Shown here: positions 29,472-39,134 of the stretch, one piece after another
Numbering within the stretch: the stretch's first letter is position 1
Layout of the letters: each line of letters begins with the position of its first letter
NCBI GenBank assembly: GCA_965204375.1
Contig: OZ241986.1
Location: forward strand, 2,624,001 to 2,688,000
Length of the DNA stretch: 64,000 bases
Reading direction: 5' to 3'
DNA from: Candidatus Latescibacterota bacterium
GTDB taxonomy: Bacteria > Latescibacterota > UBA2968
The notes under the pieces: generated by a model
Seen by the model: only the letters and a program-made list of their open reading frames with translations
The model's database searches: none
Told to the model about the DNA's origin: nothing
Position numbers and translations under genes: made by a program

Positions 29472-30122
29472 TCATAGTTTGTCTGCATCCGCGTCCTCTT
29501 CCGGGGTCTCCGGTGCAGGTTTGCCCTGACTTACCACCACCTTGGCTGGCCGCAACACCTTATCGCCCAGGCTATATCCTTTTTCAATCTCATCTGAGAC
29601 AATACCGGCATCGTAGATTTCAGATGGCATTTGCATCAATGCCTCATGCACAGTTGGATCAAATGGTTTGCCAATCGTCTCTATTTCTTTCAAATTGCGA
29701 TTGTAGAGCACGCGCGGAAATTGCTCCATAATCATTTTTATGCCTTCTTGAAAGCCCTCTGACTCTGTATCCCCATTTTCGCTGTGTGCCAATGCGCGAC
29801 CAACCCCATCTAAAATGGGCAACAAATCGCGAATCACATCTTCGCTGGCAGATTGCACAAGGATCTCAAATTCTCGTGCCCTGCGTTTTTTGTAATTCTC
29901 AAACTCAGCGGCAAGGCGCATCCACCGATCCTTGTACATTTCGGCTTCTTCGCGAGCCAAAAATAACGGAGTAGCCTCTATCTTCTCCTTCGGCTCCTCC
30001 GATTGATCGGTCTCACCATTAACCTCATCTTTTGCCACCTCTTCAGATTCCACCGCCTCCTCAGATTCCACGACTTTTTCTTCCAACGATGTTTCTTCTT
30101 TTTTTTCTTTTTTCTGCGCCAT
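29472..30122 (-). CDS. grpE: Nucleotide exchange factor GrpE
   Basis: RLAAEFENYKKR, FDPTVHEA, KGYSLGDKVLRPAKVVV. Confidence 0.96.
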   Translation of the reverse strand: MAQKKEKKEETSLEEKVVESEEAVESEEVAKDEVNGETDQSEEPKEKIEATPLFLAREEAEMYKDRWMRLAAEFENYKKRRAREFEILVQSASEDVIRDLLPILDGVGRALAHSENGDTESEGFQEGIKMIMEQFPRVLYNRNLKEIETIGKPFDPTVHEALMQMPSEIYDAGIVSDEIEKGYSLGDKVLRPAKVVVSQGKPAPETPEEDADADKL

Positions 30123-30139
30123 AAGTTCTCAACAACTCC

Positions 30140-31165
30140 TTACCTGCGATCCAGAATCTCTTCTGTTAAATTTGCCATATATTGCACCAGGGGAACGAGC
30201 CGCCCATAAGGCAATCGCGTTGGGCCAATAATCCCGATAACACCCGACACATTGCCCACCGAATACGTAGAAGTCAGCAAACTGCAATCTTTAAGCGCGG
30301 GCGATTCGTGTTCATCACCAATCGTAATGGAAATACCCGCATCGCGCGCGCGGTCACTCAACAAATGCGCCACGTATTCGCGGGCTTCCAGCATACCAAT
30401 CAGACCGGCAAGGCGTTCACTGGAAAAATCGGGCTGACCAAAAAAGTTGCGCGTACCATCCATATGCAGGTCCGCGCTGCTCGGAAATCTGAATAAATGA
30501 TCGGCACTATTGGCAAGCAAACGCAACAACTTGGGAGATCCGGACGATACAGACGCAAGCCGTTCTTTAACAGACGCCATAATCTCGCCTATCGTAAGTC
30601 CAGAAAGCCGCTGGTTGACCACCCGCCGCGTTTCTTCCAACTCGTCTTCTTCAATTTCTGAGTCGATTTCGACAACCATCGTCTTGACCAATCCAGACCG
30701 AATCGTCATCACCATCAGCAGCCTGGATTCGCTCAACTTGAGCATTTCTAAACGCTCAAAAATACCCTGAGTGAATTGAGGACCAAGTGCAATGCCCAGA
30801 TTGTGCGATACATCGGCCAAAACTTTGGACACTTGCACCAGCAAATCATCGGCATTGCCCTCGCGCAAACGCTCAACACTATCCCGAATAGACCGCTGTG
30901 CAGCCTCGGCGAGTTCCTCCCGATTCATCAGCATATCGACATAGTACCGATAGCCCTTATCGCTGGGCACCCTACCCGCCGAAGTGTGAGGCTGGTACAA
31001 ATATCCTTTGTCTTCGAGATCGGCCATCGAGTTTCGAATGGTCGCCGCGCTGAGACCCAAATCCATCTTGGAAATTGTGCGCGACCCCACCGGCTCGCCT
31101 GTGGTGACATAAGTGCCAATCAAAATATCGAGAATTGCTCTTTCCCGAAGTGTCAGTTCGGTCAT
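30140..31165 (-). CDS. hrcA: Heat-inducible transcription repressor HrcA
   Basis: GEPVGSRT…SAATIRNSMADLE…PHTSAGRVPSDKGYRYYVD…IGPTRLPY. Confidence 0.96.
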   Translation of the reverse strand: MTELTLRERAILDILIGTYVTTGEPVGSRTISKMDLGLSAATIRNSMADLEDKGYLYQPHTSAGRVPSDKGYRYYVDMLMNREELAEAAQRSIRDSVERLREGNADDLLVQVSKVLADVSHNLGIALGPQFTQGIFERLEMLKLSESRLLMVMTIRSGLVKTMVVEIDSEIEEDELEETRRVVNQRLSGLTIGEIMASVKERLASVSSGSPKLLRLLANSADHLFRFPSSADLHMDGTRNFFGQPDFSSERLAGLIGMLEAREYVAHLLSDRARDAGISITIGDEHESPALKDCSLLTSTYSVGNVSGVIGIIGPTRLPYGRLVPLVQYMANLTEEILDRR

Positions 31166-31292
31166 AGCATTTCCCTTTCCGTCAAGATGAAAGGGGAAGA
31201 AAACGACCTATCCGCGTTGATACAAATCGAATATGCAAAATAGTTTAGTCTATGATATATATAGGAAGACCCAGCGATTGTCAAGCCCCATC

Positions 31293-31330
31293 AAAAAACG
31301 GGCTGGCCAACTTACCTGACCAACCCGTTT
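31293..31330 (-). terminator. Terminator after the secreted CxxCH protein
   Basis: AAACGGGCTGG…CCAACCCGTTT hairpin with a T6 run on the minus strand. Confidence 0.55.
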
Positions 31331-31359
31331 CCGATCTCAGACATGCTTATTTTTTAATT

Positions 31360-32973
31360 TCATCCCACGGGCTTGCCAAAAGCATTGGCAAAGATCAAAA
31401 AGTCTGAAAATGCGACCGTACCATCCCCGTCCAAATCAGCCGCAGCATTGTATCCCGGCACCCCCTCGCTCGTGCCGAAGGCAGCAGCAAAAAGCAGGAA
31501 ATCGGAGAAATCGACATTTCCATCACCATTCAGATCAGCACTGCGCGTCTGGGATGGTGCCTGGCGTACCACGATTAACGCTTGGATTGCGGTCCCGGTA
31601 AGCGGCAATCCTAAGATGGAGACAGTATCTCCCACCATCAAACCAGAAATGGGGAAAGAGAGTTGGGCGAGATCATCAACATTGCCAGAAAAAAATATTG
31701 AGATAATATCCTCAACATTCCTCTGGTCAAGAGTAATCATCAGAGCCTGTGAGACATCCACGCGCACTTGTTGACCATTGAGTTGAATGAAAAACGAATT
31801 AGTTTCAACATCTACACTCTGAACACTGACCTCATTAATTTCAACGGGTGCCGGTTCAGAAAATTCTTCCAGCGCGACTTGCAAACCGGTCACGCTCTCA
31901 CCGTTGACAACCTGAATCAGCGTCGCGGGATCAACTGCACCTGTTATAATATTGATTCCCATAAGAGCACCTAACCCAACCGTATTTCCCTGCGCATTCA
32001 CCACATCTTGGCTCAATAATAGCGCGTAAGACCCATCCGGCACATGTCTCAGCTCAAATGCCAGTTGCTCATTGAAATTGACAATGCGAACAACAGCACG
32101 TAGGAACAGATCAATGTCCTCACTCTCCAGAGCCTTTAAATATAATTCAGGATCCATCAGCGTCGCTCCACCGGGTTCACCGCTCAGCGTAAAACCCTCG
32201 GGCAAAATACCCACGCCAGAAACCACAGCGTCTGACAGCTCCACTGTGCCGAAAAAATACTGCTGCACAGGTATCAAAGCAATACCCGTCGTACCTGGAC
32301 TGCTAATAACCATCTGATACGCTGCATTCTCGGACAAAGTAACATTGACTGTCACTTTCATACGATCATCACTGACAGCCAAATCCGTTGCCGTTTCGAG
32401 TAACGCAATGGGAAATACCAAAAGCTCCACATTTTCAATACCGACTCCCTCTGTGGGGTCAACGGTCACAACCAGTGGCTTATCAAATGTTATCTCAAGC
32501 GTTTGTGTACCACTCGGTACGATCGGATTCATCATATCTTCCCCGATCGTCACACCGCCAATTACAACGGAAGTCGCCGAAGGTATACCTCCGGGCGATG
32601 GCATCTGCATAAAACTATTGGGATCGCCGGGATTAGTCACCTGAATACTCGCATCTACCGTACCATCGCCATCTGGATCGCCCAATTCTTGACCATTGGA
32701 CACGCCATCGCCATCTGAGTCGCGCATTGCCAGCATGGCATTCCACACAACCTGACCACTGCGACCAGGCTGCGTTAGATAATTATTATTAATATCCCTG
32801 CCAAAAGGCGTGAGAGTCCCCCCCCCGCTCGGATTCACATGGCACGAAGCACACCCGATCATACTGCCATTGGGCAACTGACCAACCCGTGCTGGACGAG
32901 CATCTGCCTGTCCCCACCCAACAAAAACAAGGACCAGGACCGTTAGTACTCTGTGAGAATTCAACCGCGACAT
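31360..32973 (-). CDS. Secreted protein with a temptin-like CxxCH N-domain and a C-terminal dockerin/EF-hand pair
   Basis: Signal peptide; LPNG…CASCHVNPSGGGTLTPFG…DSDGDGVSNGQELGDP; ADLNGDGNVDFSDFL and ADLDGDGTVAFSDFL. Confidence 0.75.
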   Translation of the reverse strand: MSRLNSHRVLTVLVLVFVGWGQADARPARVGQLPNGSMIGCASCHVNPSGGGTLTPFGRDINNNYLTQPGRSGQVVWNAMLAMRDSDGDGVSNGQELGDPDGDGTVDASIQVTNPGDPNSFMQMPSPGGIPSATSVVIGGVTIGEDMMNPIVPSGTQTLEITFDKPLVVTVDPTEGVGIENVELLVFPIALLETATDLAVSDDRMKVTVNVTLSENAAYQMVISSPGTTGIALIPVQQYFFGTVELSDAVVSGVGILPEGFTLSGEPGGATLMDPELYLKALESEDIDLFLRAVVRIVNFNEQLAFELRHVPDGSYALLLSQDVVNAQGNTVGLGALMGINIITGAVDPATLIQVVNGESVTGLQVALEEFSEPAPVEINEVSVQSVDVETNSFFIQLNGQQVRVDVSQALMITLDQRNVEDIISIFFSGNVDDLAQLSFPISGLMVGDTVSILGLPLTGTAIQALIVVRQAPSQTRSADLNGDGNVDFSDFLLFAAAFGTSEGVPGYNAAADLDGDGTVAFSDFLIFANAFGKPVG

Positions 32974-33326
32974 AAATAATCCTCCTGAAGAGGGTGATAA
33001 TTAGAGACAACACGACGTTGCATCTCATCTCCGAAAAATGTAGAACATGTCCCCTTGAAAGGCAACTGCTTTCTTAATAAAAAAATTATCTTGCAACTTA
33101 TAGAGAAATGTATATAATTGAACCTTGTTTTTTTACCATTTGTCTATAATTGAGCCTTGTTATTGGGGTATCATCGCCCGACAGTGTAACACACATTTAA
33201 TACATGAGAAATCACGCGGAAACAAACACCATCTATATTCCGTGCCGATGTTTCGGGTCGGCAAAACTGCCGGTCCTTTTATTTATCAATACCAGGCCAC
33301 ATTTCTCACAATGAAAGGAGCAAAAT

Positions 33327-34745
33327 ATGGCCCAAACGCCACAAGATGTTCTTGCAATGATCGCAGATCAGGGCATTAGAGTTGTCGATTTTCGCTTTAC
33401 CGATTTTCCCGGACATTGGCAGCATTTTACTGTCATGGCCTCCGAGATCGAAGAAGAAACCTTTGAAGACGGACTCGGCTTTGACGGATCCAGTATTCGC
33501 GGCTGGCAGGCCATCAACGAATCGGACATGCTCGTCATACCCGATGCTACCACAGCGGTTATCGATCCTTTCCTCGAAGAACCCACACTCGTAATGATCT
33601 GTAATATTGCCGACCCCATCACCAAAAGCGGCTATTCGCGCGACCCGCGTTCGGTCGCTCAAAAAGCCGAAGCCTATATGCAATCCACGGGCATTGGCGA
33701 TACGGCATTTTTTGGTCCAGAAGCCGAGTTTTTTGTCTTTGACGATGTGCGCTTTGGCGAAGGGGCAAACCACGCCTTTCACAGCGTAGATTCAGTTGAA
33801 GGCTACTGGAACTCGGGCAGAGATGAAGGTCCCAATCTGGGTTATAAACCCCGCCATAAAGAAGGTTATTTCCCCGTGCCGCCTCACGACACACTGCAAA
33901 ATATACGCACGGAAATGGTACTGACCATGGAAGAAGTCGGCATTGATATAGAAGTTCATCACCACGAAGTGTCCACTGGTGGGCAGGGCGAGATTGACAT
34001 TCGGTTCTGCCCGATGGTCACATGCGCCGACAGAATGACTCTTTACAAATACATCGTCAAAAACGTAGCGCACAAACACGGCAAAACCGCCACCTTTATG
34101 CCCAAACCGCTTTTTGAAGACAATGGCACGGGCATGCACACGCATCAAAGCCTCTGGAAAGGCGATGAGCCTCTCTTTGCCGGATCGGGATACGCGGGCC
34201 TGAGCGAAATGGCTCTGCACTATATCGGCGGCATTCTCAAACACGCCGATGCACTGATTGCATTGACCAACCCGACCACCAACTCGTTTAAGCGTCTGGT
34301 ACCCGGGTATGAAGCGCCGGTCAATCTCGCCTACTCGCAGCGCAATCGCAGTGCTGCAGTACGCATCCCGGTGTATTCTCAAAGTCCCAAATCCAAGCGC
34401 GTCGAATTTCGGTGTCCGGATCCAAGTGCCAATCCCTACCTGGCTTTCGCCGCCATGTTGATGGCTGGCCTGGACGGCATTCAAAACAAAATTGATCCAG
34501 GAGAATCGCTCGACAAAAATCTCTACGACCTCGAACCCGAAGAAGCGGCATCCATCCCGCAGACACCGGGTTCACTGTCCGATGCCCTCGACGCACTGGA
34601 AGCGGATCACGACTTCTTGCTCAAGGGTGATGTCTTTACTGAGGACGTGATCGAAACCTGGATCGAATACAAGCGCGAAAACGAAGTTGACGCCATCAAC
34701 CAGCGTCCTCATCCACACGAATTCGCACTTTATTTCGATGTGTAA
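33327..34745 (+). CDS. glnA: Glutamine synthetase type I
   Basis: [44 protein letters not shown] adenylylation site. Confidence 0.98.
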   Translation: MAQTPQDVLAMIADQGIRVVDFRFTDFPGHWQHFTVMASEIEEETFEDGLGFDGSSIRGWQAINESDMLVIPDATTAVIDPFLEEPTLVMICNIADPITKSGYSRDPRSVAQKAEAYMQSTGIGDTAFFGPEAEFFVFDDVRFGEGANHAFHSVDSVEGYWNSGRDEGPNLGYKPRHKEGYFPVPPHDTLQNIRTEMVLTMEEVGIDIEVHHHEVSTGGQGEIDIRFCPMVTCADRMTLYKYIVKNVAHKHGKTATFMPKPLFEDNGTGMHTHQSLWKGDEPLFAGSGYAGLSEMALHYIGGILKHADALIALTNPTTNSFKRLVPGYEAPVNLAYSQRNRSAAVRIPVYSQSPKSKRVEFRCPDPSANPYLAFAAMLMAGLDGIQNKIDPGESLDKNLYDLEPEEAASIPQTPGSLSDALDALEADHDFLLKGDVFTEDVIETWIEYKRENEVDAINQRPHPHEFALYFDV

Positions 34746-34770
34746 TATTGTAAGTCGTTTTTAGAGGTAC

Positions 34771-34809
34771 AAAAAAGCAGGTGGTTATATTTTGCCACCT
34801 GCTTTTTTT
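34771..34809. terminator. Bidirectional intrinsic terminator
   Basis: AAAAAAGCAGGTGG…CCACCTGCTTTTTTT between convergent genes. Confidence 0.85.
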
Positions 34810-34821
34810 ATCCAGTCCCTC

Positions 34822-35610
34822 TCAATCCCTCAACTTCGTCTTCTCATCCCACCTCACCACATCCAGATGTTTTTGTGAAAAGCCAATCGCATCCCGAACA
34901 TCGGCACCGCGCATGTCGGCATTGTCAAACTGGGCTTTGAACAGATCGGTTTTTTGCATGCGAGCGCGCTGGAGATTGGCCTGGCGCAAATCCACTTTGA
35001 CGAGATCGGCCTCCTGGAGCCTGGCACTTTGCAGATTGGCTCCCTTCAAATTGGCGTCGGTCAAATCCGATTTTCTGATATCGGCTGTACGCAAGGTGGC
35101 ATTTTCGAAATCCACTTTAACCAATATAGCCTCCGATAAATTGGCCTTGTAAAAATTCGCATTTTTGCATCTGGCTCCGCGCAAATTGCACCCCACCAAT
35201 TTTGCCTCCTCAAAATTTGCGTCTTCCATATTTGCACCACTGAGTTCTGCCAATTCTAAATCAGCCGGTGAGACCTGTGCGCCTTTCATATTCGCTCCTG
35301 TAAGGATCGCATTCTGCAAGAAGGCCCCGCTCAGATCAGCCTCTTCGAGATTTGCATCGCGCAAATTGGCCTGCAAAAGACGCGCACGTTGTAAGTTGGC
35401 ACCCGATAAATTGGCACCCCGCAACTGTGCGCCACTGAGAATGGCTTCGCGCATATCGGCGTGTTGTAATGCGGCATTTTGCAATTCCGCTCGGTTCAGG
35501 TTTGCACCGACCAGATCCGCGCGCGCTCCCTCCGCCCCATTGGACACTATCCAGGCTTGATGTCGTGCAAGGATCTCGCGCACCTGTGCAGGTGAAAGAA
35601 TTATGGACAT
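34822..35610 (-). CDS. Pentapeptide repeat protein
   Basis: Tandem A(D/N)Lxx repeats over most of the protein. Confidence 0.92.
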   Translation of the reverse strand: MSIILSPAQVREILARHQAWIVSNGAEGARADLVGANLNRAELQNAALQHADMREAILSGAQLRGANLSGANLQRARLLQANLRDANLEEADLSGAFLQNAILTGANMKGAQVSPADLELAELSGANMEDANFEEAKLVGCNLRGARCKNANFYKANLSEAILVKVDFENATLRTADIRKSDLTDANLKGANLQSARLQEADLVKVDLRQANLQRARMQKTDLFKAQFDNADMRGADVRDAIGFSQKHLDVVRWDEKTKLRD

Positions 35611-35626
35611 GTGATTTCTCCCTTCG

Positions 35627-36184
35627 CTAAATTTTTATGACCCCGTTTTCGGTTACGATCAAATCCATCTTCACATCGTGTGGCTCGGCAGGCACGCGAT
35701 CTATGATCTGAAAACCATAAGATAAACCGATTCGAACTGCTTCAGTTCGCGCCAGAAATCGGTCATAATATCCACCACCCGATCCAATCCGATGCCCACG
35801 GCGATCAAAAGCAATCCCCGGAATGAGAATCAGGTCAATGGTATGAGGCAACAGCACCTTTTGGGGATCTGGAACCGGTTCGCGCAAGCCATAATGCACA
35901 GGTCGCAAATCACTCAGTCCCGCAATCGCTTGAAAATCCATATCCCCATCTTCCTGCGTAACAGGTACTCCCACCTGTTTGCCATCGCCAATTGCGTTTG
36001 GGATCACTATTCTCGTATCCACTTCATTTTTTATCGACACATAACAGGCAATGCACCGTGCAAGCTGGTATGCTGGCATATCGATCAGCCGGTGATAAAT
36101 ACGCAAACTCTTCTCGCGAACAACTCGTTCGGACATTTGGACACGCTCGGAGCGAAGGCTACGTTTTAGATCTGGCTTTGTCAT
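35627..36184 (-). CDS. 5-formyltetrahydrofolate cyclo-ligase
   Basis: EVDT, IPGIAFDRRGHRIGSGGGYYDRFL, EPHD. Confidence 0.93.
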   Translation of the reverse strand: MTKPDLKRSLRSERVQMSERVVREKSLRIYHRLIDMPAYQLARCIACYVSIKNEVDTRIVIPNAIGDGKQVGVPVTQEDGDMDFQAIAGLSDLRPVHYGLREPVPDPQKVLLPHTIDLILIPGIAFDRRGHRIGSGGGYYDRFLARTEAVRIGLSYGFQIIDRVPAEPHDVKMDLIVTENGVIKI

Positions 36185-36302
36185 AATAAGTTTCTCGCTT
36201 CTCCCTTGACTTTAATAAATTAAACCGTTAAAATTTCACAACATTTTTTATTGTATTTTATCGGTATTCAGGCGGACAAGTTGAATTTTCATCGTTAATA
36301 AT

Positions 36303-37142
36303 ATGGAAGATACACATATAAACGGCTCTCGCAATTGCACTCAGCTTCAAGATAGGCTAAAAGCGCGAGGCAACCTGCCGTCGCATATTGCGATAATTAT
36401 GGATGGCAATGGGCGGTGGGCGCAACAGCGAGATTTGCGCCGCACAGATGGGCATCGGTCTGCCCGCGAAACTGTGCGCGATATTGTGCGTGCATGTGGC
36501 GAACTCGAAATAGATATTCTCACCCTGTTCACCTTTGGCACAGACAATTGGCGTCGCCCCTGGTCAGAAGTATTGTCACTGATGCAATTGTTGCGCGACT
36601 GTTCACACGAAGAACTCAATGAGTTGCAGGAAAACAACGTGCGTCTCATTGCAACCGGCGATACGGAGCGGTTGGTCAAGCACTCGCGTAAAGCACTTGA
36701 AAATGCCATTCGCGAAACGGCTAACAATACAGGACTAACGCTTAATCTCGCGTTGAGCTACGACGGCAAAAGCGATATACTTCAAGCCGTGCAAAACATT
36801 GCTGCCGACATCGCACAGGGACGCATTTCACCAGACGCTATTGATGCCAACTTATTTTCCAAACGCCTTTATACAGGTGATTTGCCCGATCCCGATTTGC
36901 TGATTCGCACCAGCGGCGAAGTGCGCTTGAGTAATTTTATGCTCTGGCAGTGCGCTTATACCGAATTCTGGTTTACAGATGTACTGTGGCCCGATTTTAA
37001 GCGCAAGCACCTCTACGAAGCCATCCGCAGTTATCAAAATCGAGAACGGCGGTTTGGCAAAACAGGACTTCAATTGCGCGATGAAACGCTCGCAAGCAAA
37101 ACCAATGGGGCTTCGGAGGACTTGTGGCAAAGTCCAATCTAA
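36303..37142 (+). CDS. uppS: Undecaprenyl diphosphate synthase
   Basis: HIAIIMDGNGRWA, DPDLLIRTSGEVRLSNF, RERRFG. Confidence 0.96.
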   Translation: MEDTHINGSRNCTQLQDRLKARGNLPSHIAIIMDGNGRWAQQRDLRRTDGHRSARETVRDIVRACGELEIDILTLFTFGTDNWRRPWSEVLSLMQLLRDCSHEELNELQENNVRLIATGDTERLVKHSRKALENAIRETANNTGLTLNLALSYDGKSDILQAVQNIAADIAQGRISPDAIDANLFSKRLYTGDLPDPDLLIRTSGEVRLSNFMLWQCAYTEFWFTDVLWPDFKRKHLYEAIRSYQNRERRFGKTGLQLRDETLASKTNGASEDLWQSPI

Positions 37143-37960
37143 TTCAGCGCGTGTTGGCAGCCGCAGTTTTTGGTCCAGTTTTGGTGGTGCTATTCTGGTT
37201 GGGTGACTATTGGCTATTGGTGATGTGGTGCGGCGTGGTCTCTGTAGGTACCTGGGAATTTTATCGCATGCTATCGCAGAAAGGGCTGCAACCCTGGACG
37301 GGATTTGGCATTGTTATATCCCTCTCCTGGTGCGCTGTGGCATTTGTTATTGGGCCAAATGCTTTCCCATTTTTTTTTCTCGTATTATTGCTTTTGATGT
37401 TTAGCATAGCCCTGTTTCGAGATACCACAGGCCATCGCCTGCTCAATGCGGGAGGCACGCTTTTAGGGGTACTTTATGTCGGTTTTTTGGGCAGTTTTGT
37501 TCTCATAGTGAGAAACACATTACCCGTTGACGCGTCAGAACAAGGGAAAGTTGCTGTTCTCATTTTACTGGGAATTTGGGCCAATGATACAATGGCCTAT
37601 TTTTTTGGACGGTGGTTTGGCCGATGGCATCCCTTTCCCACAATCAGCGCGGCTAAGACCGAAGCTGGATTCATCGGAGGTCTTCTATCCGCACTTTTGG
37701 TCATAGGACTCGGCGGACAGGTACTCGGACTATTTAATATAGCCCAAAGCCTCATACTCGGCCTTCTCATTGGCATTGGAGCATCTTTGGGAGATCTCGT
37801 TGAATCCATGATCAAACGCGATATGGACGTCAAAGATACATCGGAACTGATCCCCGGACACGGTGGCGTGCTGGACCGCTTTGACAGTACTTTTTTGGTT
37901 TTTCCGCTCGTCTATCTTTATTTTCAACTGATAGCCAGTACCTCACAGGTGTTGGACTAA
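37124..37960 (+). CDS. cdsA: Phosphatidate cytidylyltransferase
   Basis: DTMAYFFG, GDLVESMIKR…KD…IPGHGGVLDRFDS. Confidence 0.95.
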   Translation: MAKSNLIQRVLAAAVFGPVLVVLFWLGDYWLLVMWCGVVSVGTWEFYRMLSQKGLQPWTGFGIVISLSWCAVAFVIGPNAFPFFFLVLLLLMFSIALFRDTTGHRLLNAGGTLLGVLYVGFLGSFVLIVRNTLPVDASEQGKVAVLILLGIWANDTMAYFFGRWFGRWHPFPTISAAKTEAGFIGGLLSALLVIGLGGQVLGLFNIAQSLILGLLIGIGASLGDLVESMIKRDMDVKDTSELIPGHGGVLDRFDSTFLVFPLVYLYFQLIASTSQVLD

Positions 37961-37965
37961 TTTTT

Positions 37966-39120
37966 ATGAGAAAACGCGTTGCCCTTCTCGGATCCACAGG
38001 CTCTATCGGCACAAACACGCTGCGTGTTCTGAATAGCCTATCCGACCGATTTGAACTGGTGAGTTTATGTGCCGGACGCAATGCCGAGTTGCTGTGTGAA
38101 CAAGCCGAGCACTGGCGCCCTAAACGCGTTTGTATTGCCCAGGGGGCAAAAGAGGTGCAGGCGCGTCTAGCCCCGCTGGGTATTGAAGTGCTCGAAGGCA
38201 GTTCGGGCTTGCAGGACCTGTCTGTCGATTCCGATACCGACCTGATCATTAACGGCCTGGCGGCAGGCGTGGGACTGCGCCCTACGCTATCTGCTGTACG
38301 CGCGGGCAAAGATGTGGCAATTGCCAATAAAGAGACACTGGTTGTCGCAGGGCATCTGGTAACCGATTGGGCAAAACAGACAGGCGCCACATTATTGCCG
38401 ATCGACAGTGAGACAACACCGCTGTGGCAATCGTTTCAAGAGACGAATCGGGACGAGATCAAACGCATTTTACTGCCCGCCTCGGGCGGTCCTTTTTTTG
38501 ACTATACGCAAAAGCAGATGGCGAGTGTTTCACGCGATCAGGCACTTAATCATCCCACCTGGCAGATGGGACCAAAAATTACGATTGACTCGGCCACATT
38601 GATGAACAAAGGCTTTGAAGTAATCGAAGCACAGTGGTTTCTCGATTTGCCAGTCTCGAAAATCGATGTGATTATCCATCGGCAGTCTATTGTGCATTGT
38701 CTTATCGAATATGTGGATGGCGGCATGATAGCGCACCTGAGCACACCCGATATGCAGTTGCCCATTCATCAGGCTCTGGTGCATCCCGAAAAACTGCCCA
38801 CACAGGTTGAACGCCTGGACCTGACAAAGGTCGGCACATTGAGTTTTTTTCAGCCCGATACCGAACGATTTCCCTGTCTTAAATTGGCATATCAGGCCGT
38901 AGAGCAGGGGGGAACCGCGCCCGCTGTACTCAACGCTGCCAATGAAGTTGCTGTGTATGCTTTTCTCGATGGCCGCATCGGATTTCTCGATATCCCTCGT
39001 GTAATTGCAAAAGCCCTCGATGAGCACGAGGCCTGCGAAGATACCCTCGAGGCAGTCATTGAAGCCGACCGCTGGGGGCGAGACCATGCAAATGAGCTGA
39101 TTTGTTCACTTGAATCATAG
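37966..39120 (+). CDS. dxr: 1-deoxy-D-xylulose 5-phosphate reductoisomerase
   Basis: LGSTGSIG, ANKE, PIDSE, HPTWQMGPKITIDSATLMNKG, NAANE. Confidence 0.96.
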   Translation: MRKRVALLGSTGSIGTNTLRVLNSLSDRFELVSLCAGRNAELLCEQAEHWRPKRVCIAQGAKEVQARLAPLGIEVLEGSSGLQDLSVDSDTDLIINGLAAGVGLRPTLSAVRAGKDVAIANKETLVVAGHLVTDWAKQTGATLLPIDSETTPLWQSFQETNRDEIKRILLPASGGPFFDYTQKQMASVSRDQALNHPTWQMGPKITIDSATLMNKGFEVIEAQWFLDLPVSKIDVIIHRQSIVHCLIEYVDGGMIAHLSTPDMQLPIHQALVHPEKLPTQVERLDLTKVGTLSFFQPDTERFPCLKLAYQAVEQGGTAPAVLNAANEVAVYAFLDGRIGFLDIPRVIAKALDEHEACEDTLEAVIEADRWGRDHANELICSLES

Positions 39121-39134
39121 AAACGAGGTTTCCC

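Noticed and set aside
33180-33210. GlnR/NtcA/NifA box or glutamine riboswitch upstream of glnA
   Set aside because: TGT…ACA spacing fits none of these consensuses and riboswitch core motifs are absent
36185-36302. 6S RNA upstream of the 5-formyl-THF cyclo-ligase gene
   Set aside because: The intergenic region is only ~118 bp, AT-rich and lacks a long hairpin
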